A DNA stretch of 64,000 nt from Amphiscolops sp. MND2022. Taxonomy: Eukaryota. Below, piece by piece: positions 53,601 to 64,000 of the stretch (position 1 is the stretch's first letter; every line of letters starts with the position of its first letter). A program made the position numbers and the translations under genes. The DNA is taken from positions 75,022,001 through 75,086,000 of the forward strand of contig OZ076409.1 in NCBI GenBank assembly GCA_964187785.1. The letters run 5' to 3'. Below the pieces are notes generated by a model. The model had not been told where the DNA came from and ran no database searches. It worked only from the letters and a program-made list of their open reading frames with translations.

Positions 53601-56600
53601 CCATTATCACCCTTTGATGTCTTTTCACGTAATTTTCGTTTCTATAATAACAATTTTTTGTGTATTTATTCATTATTTTCTCATCAAATAACTTGAAACA
53701 GTTGAGTACATTCCATCTCCCTTCCCGGGGGAGATGAGAATGTACTCGCTAAAGGTCAGGAACTACGGTCTATATCTTCCACAACACAAAAGGGATTGCA
53801 AATGGTTTCAGTTTGTCGCAGAAAACTTCTTTTTGCCCTCTGTGACTCGACAAAATGAACGTTTCTTACTTACTTTGAAACTCAGCATACCACAACTCAT
53901 CTCTAACGTCAGCGGCCCCCCTACTTGCATCAACGCCCACCGTCCGTGGGCATGCCGAGGCATGCCCTTCGACGACGTATACCAAGATATACCTGGAGCG
54001 CGGTAGCCGCTAGGTGCCGGGATTTCCATTCGATAAGGAATTCTGCGCGTGTGGGTAGGGCCCCTGGCGCGCTCCTGTGTTTTCGGTTTTCCTACTCCAA
54101 ATTCACACCCCAGTTATCTCCGATCTCGTAAACTATCCATACGATTTGGCTGAAATTTGGCACACGTACCCCCCTCGGCACGGTGAAGATGATTTCCTAC
54201 TGACGTTTTTCCCGCTAAACATTTTTTGTTGACCAAAATAACGGTTTTTGGGGTAAAATTTTCAACTTTTTTTTAAATTTTATCTTATATCTCGCCACGG
54301 GTACACGCTAGCGCTTCCAAACCTTGCTGACGAAAGTTTGCAAACTGTCTCAGGAATGCTGTGTGAAATTTTCAGCTCAATCGGACATAAACTCGAGGAG
54401 ATATAGCGTTTTTCCGGAGCGGGGGGTTTCATTTTTCCAACGGTCCAGCTTATCTTTGCCATTTTTTCGAAAATGCACTCGCCTAAAGGCCTCCCCTGGC
54501 CGGTTTACTTCCCAGAAAAACCATTTGGCCCTAAATACGGAGTTTCAGCGTTCTAGCATTCCCGGGCGAAAAGATGTGGGACTTAGAAAAAATTCAAAAT
54601 TTTTCAAAAATTTTTTTTTCGTTTTCCGGCCCCCCAATGAAGGGGAACGACCCCCCAACGAGGATTTTTGGTGAATTCACGTGGAAAGGCCTTGTTTTGT
54701 GGAGCAAATTGCCGTTTAGAGCGACTTTTTATCTTAACTTGACGTTGACCTCTGTCGTTTTGAATTTGATATTAGTATGTGTTGAGCATGTGAAAAGTTG
54801 ATGATTTCAGTTGTTCTCTCGTGTTCAAGCCATTGAGATACAAGCGGTAGTGATCAAAATGTGATTTATCGCAATTTGGTGGTGCTTTTGGTGTATTTTG
54901 ATTCTTTTAAATAAAAAGTTGTTCTTTATATATTTGGTGTATTGATTCAAATGAACAAGAAACAGTTGAGTACATTTCATCTCCCCCCTTGTGGGGGAGA
55001 TGAGGATGTACCCGCTAAATGACACGCACAATGGCCCAACTTTATTTTTATGCGACGTTTTCTAGGTTTTTGCGCAAGCCCACTAAAATTTAGACTGGTT
55101 TCCTTTTCTTTTACTCCAAAATTTTCCGTACTAACCACCTTACCCACCACCAGCTCAACGTAACATCTGTAACGTCAACGCCACACACTCTCACTAACGC
55201 CCACCGTCCGTGGGCATGCCGAGGCATGCCCTTCGACGACTTATGCCAAATAGCGCCACAGGGCGCAAACTTGTCCGCTAGGTGCCGGGATTTCCATTCG
55301 ATAAGGAATTCTGCGCGTGTGGGTAGGGCCCCTGGCGCGCTCCTGTGTTTTCGGTTTTCCTACTCCAAATTCACACCCCAGTTATCTCCGATCTCGTAAA
55401 CTATCCATACGATTTGGCTGAAATTTGGCACACAGCTCCGTTGGAACATTGTAAGAACAAATCCCTACTGACGTTTTGCCCGCTAAACATTTTTTGTTGG
55501 TCAAAAATGCGATTTTCCGACAAAATTTTCGACTTTTTTTCTTTTTCAACTCATATCTCGCCACAGGGTCACGCTAGCGCTTCGCAGCTTATGATCCTTT
55601 TTTGAAGGGCGTTGTCTGTAGAACACGTATGCCAAATTTGGTGGCAATCGGACTTAAACTCAGCGAGATAGAGCCATTTTTTAGGTGCATTTTTTGACAT
55701 TTTTTGCATTTGCCGATTTATCTCTGCCATTTTTTGCCCAAATTTTTTTTGAGACACTCTCCTAAAGACCTCCCCTGGCCGGTTTACCTCCCAACAAAAC
55801 CATTTGGCCCTAAATACGAAGTTTCAGCGTTCTAGCATTCCCGGGCGAAAAGTTGTGGGACTTAGAATAAATTTTTGGAAACGCAAAATGTGTAAAGTCA
55901 ACTTCAGGCCTCCCAAAGTCAAGGAACTTCCACACAACTAGGATTGCAAGTGGATGCATGTGGAAAGTACTCGGATAGACGAGGAAAATGAGCTATAGAA
56001 CGTCTCTGTATCTTAATCTGACGTTGACTTATGATGTTTTGAATGTGGGCTTCCTAAGGGGTCCCAAATTGAAAATTTTTAAAGAAAATTAATATCGTCA
56101 AAAACTCATCGGAATGCCTGCAATATACAGTAGAGCGTGTGCAATTGTAGCTGACTAATGCATCAACGCCGTTCAAGGTCTTTTCACTCAGTTTCAAAAT
56201 TTTTTACACTGTATTATCCATCCGAGAGTCGAAACAGTTGAGTACATTCCATCTCCCTCCCGGGGGAGATGAGAATGTACTCGCGAAAGTCCAGATACCA
56301 CAGCCGATATTTGTTTCTCTGCAACGCTATCTATGCTACTGCACATAACTACTAATCTTAAGACTGAATTTTGCCTTCACTTTGACTTGACATATGCTGA
56401 AGATTTGATCCTTACACACATCATCATTACCTGAACAAAACAACCCTAACATCAACGCCCCACACTCACATCAACGCCCACCGTCCGTGGGCATGCCGAG
56501 GCATGCCCTTCGACGACGTATGCCCTCTCAAACGCGGTAGCCGCTAGGTGCCGGTGTTTTTTTACACAATGGGGGATGTTGCGCGGTTGGGGAGGGTCCC

Positions 56601-58290
56601 TGACGCGCTTCCGTGGTATCGGGTCTTTCAACCGATGAAAACGACATAAAAAATTGGGATCTCGTAAACTAGCCATACGATTTGGCTGAAATTTGGCACA
56701 CGTACCCCCCTCGGCACGGTGAAGATGATTCCCTACTGACGTTTTTCCCGCTAAACATTTTTTGTTGACCAAAATAACGGTTTTTGGGGTAAAATTTTCA
56801 ACTTTTTTTCAATTTCATCTTATATCTCGCCACGGGTACACGCTAGCGCTTCCAAACCTTGCTGACGAAAGTTTGCAAACTGTCTCAGGAATGCGGTGTG
56901 AAATTTTCAGCTCAATCGGACTCAAACTCGAGGAGATATAGCGTTTTTCCGGAGCGGGGGGGTTTCATTTTTCTAACGGTCCAGCTTATCTTTGCCATTT
57001 TTTCGAAAATGCACTCGCCTAAAGGCCTCCCCTGGCCGGTTTTATTCCCAGCAAAACCATTTGGCCCTAAATACGGAGTTTCAGCGTTCCAGCATTCCTG
57101 GGCGAAAAGTTGTGGGACTTAGAAAAGTTGAAAAATTTTCAAAAAAATTTTTTCCGTTATTTGGGCCCTCAAAGTGGGGGAAAAGACCCCCCAACCAGTA
57201 AAGCAAGTGAATGCATGTGGAAAGCCCTTGTTTAGACGAGAAAAATGCCGTTTAGAACGTCTTTTTATCTTAACTTGACATTGACTTTTGTCGTTTTGAA
57301 GGTGACCGTTAGATACGGAAAATTGATGTTTTGAGTATTTATCCCATCTGAAAGCCATTGAGATACAACATGTTTTGCTCAAAACGTGTTTCATTGCAAT
57401 TTCGCTGTCCATTATCACCCTTTGATGTCTTTTCACGTAATTTTCGTTTCTATAATAACAATTTTTTGTGTATTTATTCATTATTTTCTCATCAAATAAC
57501 TTGAAACAGTTGAGTACATTCCATCTCCCTTCCCGGGGGAGATGAGAATGTACTCGCTAAAGGTCAGGAACTACGGTCTATATCTTCCACAACACAAAAG
57601 GGATTGCAAATGGTTTCAGTTTGTCGCAGAAAACTTCTTTTTGCCCTCTGTGACTCGACAAAATGAACGTTTCTTACTTACTTTGAAACTCAGCATACCA
57701 CAACTCATCTCTAACGTCAGCGGCCCCCCTACTTGCATCAACGCCCACCGTCCGTGGGCATGCCGAGGCATGCCCTTCGACGACGTATACCAAGATATAC
57801 CTGGAGCGCGGTAGCCGCTAGGTGCCGGGATTTCCATTCGATAAGGAATTCTGCGCGTGTGGGTAGGGCCCCTGGCGCGCTCCTGTGTTTTCGGTTTTCC
57901 TACTCCAAATTCACACCCCAGTTATCTCCGATCTCGTAAACTATCCATACGATTTGGCTGAAATTTGGCACACGTACCCCCCTCGGCACGGTGAAGATGA
58001 TTTCCTACTGACGTTTTTCCCGCTAAACATTTTTTGTTGACCAAAATAACGGTTTTTGGGGTAAAATTTTCAACTTTTTTTTAAATTTTATCTTATATCT
58101 CGCCACGGGTACACGCTAGCGCTTCCAAACCTTTCTGACGAAAGTTTGCAAACTGTCTCAGGAATGCTGTGTGAAATTTTCAGCTCAATCGGACTTAAAC
58201 TCGAGGAGATATAGCGTTTTTCCGGAGCGGGGGGGTTTCATTTTTCTAACGGTCCAGCTTATCTTTGCCATTTTTTCGAAAATGCACTCG
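50674..58290 (+). repeat. Recent tandem duplication of a 3-monomer block (3808-bp period): 50674-54481 and 54482-58290
   Basis: H1 pairs 51404/55212, 52681/56489 and 53948/57756 are each offset by exactly 3808. Private variants are shared (GACGACTTATGCC, CAGCGGCCCCCC, CATTCCTGGGCG). Breakpoints lie in or near the central box. Confidence 0.93.
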
Positions 58291-61200
58291 CCTAAAGGCC
58301 TCCCCTGGCCGGTTTTATTCCCAGCAAAACCATTTGGCCCTAAATACGGAGTTTCAGCGTTCCAGCATTCCCGGGCGAAAAGTTGTGGGACTTAGAAAAT
58401 TTCAAAAATTTTCAAAAATTTTTTTTCCGTTATTTGGGCCCCCAAAGTGGGGGAAAGACCCCCCAACCAGTAAAGCAAGTGAATGCATGTGCAAAGCCCT
58501 TGTTTAGAGGAGAAAAATGCCGTTTAGAACGTCTTTTTATCTTGGCTCAACGTTGACTTATGACGTTTTGAAGGTGATGTTTGGAGGTGTAAATCACGTG
58601 AATAGTAAACGTTATGAGTATTTATCTGATCTGAAAGCCATTGAGATGCAATATGGTTTGCTCAAAACGTAATTCATGGCAGTTTGGCAATCAATCAACA
58701 CCCTTTGTTGTCGTTTGACATACTTTTTTGTTGTTATAATAAAAATTTTGTGTATTTGTTCATTTTTTTCTCATCAAATAACTTGAAACAGTTGAGTACA
58801 TTCCATCCCCCCTTCCGGGGGAGATGAGAATGTACTCGCAAAAAGCAGCGAATTACGGCCCTTACCTTCCCGAGCTACGCAGTATAAGGATTACATATTG
58901 GTTCCGACATTTTCATAGAGTTAAATCTTGGTAATCTGTCTGGATATGCAGAAAAATCAGCACGTGCCTTTTAATACCAAGTTGCTCACAACGACAATTA
59001 TTTTATATCAACGCCCCCATATTTATCAACGCCCCCCGTCCGTGGGCATGCCGAGGCATGCCCTTCGACGACGTATACCAAGATATACATCGAGCGCGTT
59101 AGCCTAGGTGCCGGGATTTCTATTCGTTCGAGTATGTGGCGCGTGTGGGTAGGGCCCCTGGCGCGCTCTTGTGTTTGGGGGTTTCCTACTTCTAAATCAC
59201 GTTCAGATTTCCGGGATCTCGTAAACTATCCATACGATTTGGCTGAAATTTGGCACACGTACCCCCCTCGGCACGGTGAAGATGACTTCCTACTGACGTT
59301 TTTCCCGCTAAACATTTTTTGTTGACCAAATTAACGGTTTTTGGTGGAAAATTTTTGATTTTTTTTAAATTTTATCTTATATCTCGCCACGGGTCCACGC
59401 TAGCGCTTCCAAACCCTGCTGACGAAACCTCGCAAACTGTCTCAGGAATGCTGTGTGAAATTTTCAGCTCAATCGGACTTAAACTCGGGGAGATATAGCG
59501 TTTTTCCGGAGCGGGGGGGTTTCATTTTTCTAACGGTCCAGCTTATCTTTGCCATTTTTTCGAAAATGCACTCGCCTAAAGGCCTCCCCTGGCCGGTTTT
59601 ACTCCCAAAAAAACCATTTGGCCCTAAATACGGAGTTTCAGCGTTCTAGCATTCCGGGGCGAAAAGTTGTGGTACTTAGTAAATTTCAAAAATTTTCAAA
59701 AATTTTTTTTTCGTTCTTTGGGACCCCAAAGTGGGGAAAAGACCCCCCAACCAGTAATTTGAGTGAATTCATGTGGAAAGGCCATGTTTAGCGGCGAAAA
59801 ATGCTTTTTAGATCGTCTTTTTATTTTAACCTGTTGTTGACTTATGTTGTTTTGAAGGTGATGTTTGGATGTGTGAAGCATGTGAAAAGGTAATTTTTTT
59901 GTGTCTTTATCTCTTCTAAAAGCCATTGAGATGCAATCTGTTTTGCTCAAAACGTAATTCAATGCAATTTGGCAGTCAATGAACACAATTTGGTGTCTTT
60001 TGTTATATTTTTCTGTTGATATAATAAAAAATTTTGTGTCTTTATTAATTTTTTTTAAATAAAATAACTTGAAACAGTTGAGTACATTCCATCCCCCCTT
60101 CCGGGGGAGATGGAAATGTACTCGCTAAAAGCCGCGAACAAGAGCCCATACCTTCCTGCGCTACGCAGTATAAAGATTGCATGTTGGTTCCGACTTTTTG
60201 GTAGTGTTATATCTTGGTAATTTGACTGAATATGGAGAAAAATCAGCAAGTGCTCTTTTATAGCAAATTGCTGACAACGACAATTTTTTTATATCAACGC
60301 CCCCATATTTATCAACGCCCCCCGTCCGTGGGCATGCCGAGGCATGCCCTTCGACGACGTATACCAAAATATGCGTTAGCGCGGTAGCCGCTAGGTGCCG
60401 GGATTTCTATTCGATAAAGTATGTGGCGCGTGTGGGTAGGGTCCCTGGCGCGCTCTTGGGTATGGTGTTCACCAGCTAGGAAATAGGGGTCGATTTTTCG
60501 GGATCTCCTAAACTAGCCACACGATTTGGCTGAAATTTGGCACACGTACCCCCCTCGGCACGGTGAAGATGATTTCCTACTGACGTTTTTCCCGCAAAAT
60601 TTTTTTTGTTGTCCAAAATAACGGTTTTTGGGGTAAAATTTTGAATTTTTTTTAAATTTTATCTTATATCTCGCCACCGGTTTACGCTAGCGCTTCAAAA
60701 CCCTGCTAAAGAAAGCTTGCAAACTGTCTCAGGAATGCGGCGTGAAATTTTCAGCTCAATCGGACTTAAACTCGGGGAGATATAGCGTTTTTCCGGAGCG
60801 GGGGGGTTTCATTTTTCTAACGGTCCAGCTTATCTTTGCCATTTTTTCGAAAATGCACTCGCCTAAAGGCCTCCCCTGGCCGGTTTTATTCCCAGCAAAA
60901 CCATTTGGCCCTAAATACGGAGTTTCAGCGTTCCAGCATTCCCGGGCGAAAAGTTGTGGGACTTAGAAAAGTTCAAAAATTTTCAAAAATTTTTTTTCCG
61001 TTTTCCGCCCTCCCCCCTAGGGGAAAAGACCCCCCAACCAGTAATTTGAGTGAATTCATGTGGAAAGGCCATGTTTAGAGGAGAAAAATGCCGTTTAGAA
61101 CGTCTTTTTATCTTGGCTCAACGTTGACTTATGACGTTTTGAAGGTGATGTTTGGAGGTGTAAAGCACGTGAATAGTAAACGTTATGAGTATTTATCTGA

Positions 61201-64000
61201 TCTGAAAGCCATTGAGATGCAATCTGTTTTGCTCAAAACGTAATTCATATCCGTTTGGTAGTCAATCAACACCATTTGTTGTCATTTGACATCTTTTTTT
61301 GTTGATATAAGAAAAAATTTTGTGTATTTATTCATTTTTTTCTCATCAAATAACTTGGAACAGTTGAGTACATTCCATCCCCCCTTCACGGGGGAGATGA
61401 GAATGTACTCGCAAAAAGCCCCGAACTACGGCCCTTACCTTCTTGAGCTACGCAGTATAAAGATTGCATATTGGTTCCGACATTTTGATAGAGTTATATC
61501 TTGGTAATCTGTCTGGGTATGCAGAAAAATCAGCACGTGCCTTTTTATTACAAGTTGCTCACAACGACATTTATTTTATATTAACGCCCCCATATTTATC
61601 AACGCCCCCCCGTCCGTGGGCATGCCGAGGCATGCCCTTCGACGACGTATACCAAGATATATTCGAGCGCGTTAGCCTAGGTGCCGGTGTCTTTTTACAC
61701 AATGGGGGAAGTTGCGCGGTTGGGGAGGGTCCCTGACGCGCTTCCGTGAGATCAGGTTTTTCAACTAGTGAAATCGACAAAGAAAATTGAGATCTCGTAA
61801 ACTAGCCATACGATTTGGCTGAAATTTGGCACACGTACCCCCCTCGGCACGGTGAAGATGATTTCCTACTGACGTTTTTCCCGCTAAACATTTTTTGTTG
61901 ACCAAAATAACGGTTTTTGGGGTAAAATTTTCAACTTTTTTTAAATTTCATCTTATATCTCGCCACGGGTACACGCTAGCGCTTCCAAACCTTGCTGACG
62001 AAACCTTGCAAACTGTCTCAGGAATGCTGTGTGAAATTTTCAGCTCAATCGGACCTAAACTCGGGGAGATATAGCGTTTTTCCGGAGCGGGGGGGTTTCA
62101 TTTTTCTAACGGTCCAGCTTATCTTTGCCATTTTTTCGAAAATGCACTCGCCTAAAGGCCTCCCCTGGCCGGTTTTATTCCCAACAAAACCATTTGGCCC
62201 TAAATACGGAGTTTCAGCGTTCCAGCATTCCCGGGCGAAAAGTTGTGGGACTTAGAAAAGTTCAAAAATTTTCAAAAAAAATTTTTCCGTTATTTGGGCC
62301 CTCAAAGTGGGGGAAGAGACCCCCCAACCAGTAAAGCAAGTGAATGCATGTGGAAAGCCCTTGTTTAGACGAGAAAAATGCCGTTTAGAACGTCTTTTTA
62401 TCTTAACTTGACATTGACTTTTGTCGTTTTGAAGGTGACCGTTAGATACGGAAAATTGATGTTTTGAGTATTTATCCCATCTGAAAGCCATTGAGATACA
62501 ACATGTTTTGCTCAAAACGTGTTTCATTGCAGTTTCGCTGTCCATTATCACCCTTTGGTGTCTTTTCACGTAATTTTCGTTTCTATAATAACAATTTTTT
62601 TGTGTATTTATTCATTTTTTTCTCATCAAATAACTTGAAACAGTTGAGTACATTCCATCTCCCTTCCCGGGGGAGATGAGAATGTACTCGCTAAAGGTCA
62701 GGAACTACGGTCTTTATCTTCCACAACACAAAAGGGATTGCAAATGGTTTCAGTTTGTCGCAGAAAATTTCTTTTTGCCCTCTGTGACTCGACAAAATGA
62801 ACGTTTCTTACTTACTTTGAAACTCAGCCTACCACAACTCATCTCTAACGTCAGCGCCCCCCTACTTGCATCAACGCCCACCGTCCGTGGGCATGCCGAG
62901 GCATGCCCTTCGACGACGTATACCAAGATATACCTGGAGCGCGGTAGCCGCTAGGTGGCCGTGTCTTTTCGACGTGCTTTTGCATTGAGGAGTGGGTAGG
63001 GCCCCGCGACGACCTAGAAGAATTGGATGCTCACCGAAACGTGCAGAATTCTACGAGATCTCATAGTTTGAGCCATACGATTTTTCTGAAATTTGGCATG
63101 TGGCCTGGAATTGGTGAGTAGGTAAAACGTGTAGGAGGTAATTTTTCCCAAATTCCATTGTGAGAGGAGATATGGGCAAATAACGGACCCAAAAATGGGG
63201 AAAATGCACTTTTTTCAAGTTTGTCAGCCAATATCTCATTTCCAGGTGCCCGTAGCGTTCCGCACGTGGACATCAATATTGCTCAGCGCTGTTAGAAGAG
63301 TGCGTGGACAAATTTTGGTTCAAATCGGACTGAAACTTGGCGAGAAATTAACGGTTTTTTGGGCGTTTCCGGGGTAAATTTTTTAACGGTCCAGCTTATC
63401 TTTGCCATTTTTTCGAAAATGTACTTGCCTAAAGGCCTCCCCCTGGCCGAATTTCCTCCCAGCAAACCCATTTGGCCCTAAATACGGAGTTTCAGCGTTC
63501 CAGCATTTCCGGGCGAAAAGTTGTGGGACTTAGAAAAATTTCAAAATTTTTCAAAAAATTTTTTTTCCGTTTTCCGCCCCCCCCAGAGGGGAAAAGACCC
63601 CCCAACCAGTATTTTGAGGGATTGCATGTCGAAAGCCCTTGTTTTGACGAGAAAAATACCGTTTAGAACATCTTTTTATTTTAACTTGACGTTGACTAAT
63701 GACGTTTTGAATGTGATGTTTGGACGTGTGAGGCATCTGAAAAGTTGATGTTTTGAGTCTTTATCTCATGTGAAAGCGATTGAGATGCAAGCTGTACTGC
63801 TCAAAACGTCTTTCGTTGTAGTTTTCCAGTGCCGCAATAACCTTTGATGTCATTTGAATATACTTTTCTTCGATATATTAACAATTTTATTGTATTTATT
63901 CCAATTTTTGTTATCTTATAACTCAAAACAGTTGAGTACATTTCATCTCCCTTTCGGGGGAGATGAGAATGTACTCGCTAAAAACCTAGTGCTATTGCGC

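Larger units (their letters stand above)
1..64000. repeat. Complex tandem array (macrosatellite-like) of ~1.28-kb heterogeneous monomers, all in the same orientation, running off both window edges
   Basis: H1 starts at 490, 1782, 3066, 4362, 5626, 6921, 8185, 9466, 10762, 12036, 13324, 14596, 15888, 17175, 18460, 19735, 21052, 22368, 23640, 25023, 26308, 28483, 29876, 32254, 33640, 34924, 36220, 37507, 38795, 40106, 41417, 42690, 43963, 45257, 46540, 48725, 50116, 51404, 52681, 53948, 55212, 56489, 57756, 59044, 60330, 61618 and 62889. Spacing is 1264-1317 bp except across the variant monomers (1383-1393, 2175, 2185, 2378). Confidence 0.98.

Noticed and set aside
490..62908. CRISPR array with H1 as the palindromic repeat
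   Set aside because: The intervening sequences are ~1.25 kb and homologous to each other, not unique 25-45-nt spacers, and there are no cas genes or leader.
56..63748. The many short ORFs (60-136 aa), e.g. MLTKVCKLSQEC..., MPFFRKCTRLKASP..., MLTYGRKTGNNV...
   Set aside because: They recur only because the DNA is repeated, overlap in several frames and on both strands, often use non-ATG starts, are F/K-rich from T/A runs and are broken by homopolymer indels between copies. I recognise no protein domain.

Overview
The whole 64-kb window is a non-coding, head-to-tail tandem array of about 48 related monomers (46 complete, with a partial monomer at each edge). Most monomers are about 1.26-1.32 kb; four are 1388-1389 bp, two are about 2.19 kb and one is 2376 bp. 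I find no credible protein-coding gene, rRNA, tRNA or CRISPR array, and the ORF track is repeat-derived noise. The standard monomer has fixed landmarks: the 7-mer CTAGGTG, about 470-490 bp of variable segment A, a conserved CCTAAAGGCCTCCCCTGGCC box, about 470-510 bp of segment B, a 44-nt bulged hairpin H2 (GAGTACATTC-CATCTCCC...GGGAGATG-A-GAATGTACTC), about 200 bp of segment C, a 20-bp palindrome H1 (GGGCATGCCGAGGCATGCCC; 47 intact and 3 decayed copies), a short hypervariable tail D, and the next CTAGGTG. The main result is that monomer types are reordered exactly at CTAGGTG, where only 7-8 bp are shared, and near-identical whole monomers recur up to 47 kb apart with different neighbours. The array therefore behaves more like a set of individually mobile or recombining non-coding cassettes than a homogenised satellite. 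H1 shows compensatory changes and matches the p53-family consensus at 19/20 positions. One monomer class replaces H2 with an unrelated hairpin of the same size and carries CCGGAA motifs at a 20-bp period. The long monomers have a decayed terminus followed by an intact one about 197 bp downstream. A eukaryotic, probably invertebrate animal, origin and a rolling-circle (Helitron/Helentron-like) or site-specific recombination mechanism are inferences only. All coordinates were counted by eye.
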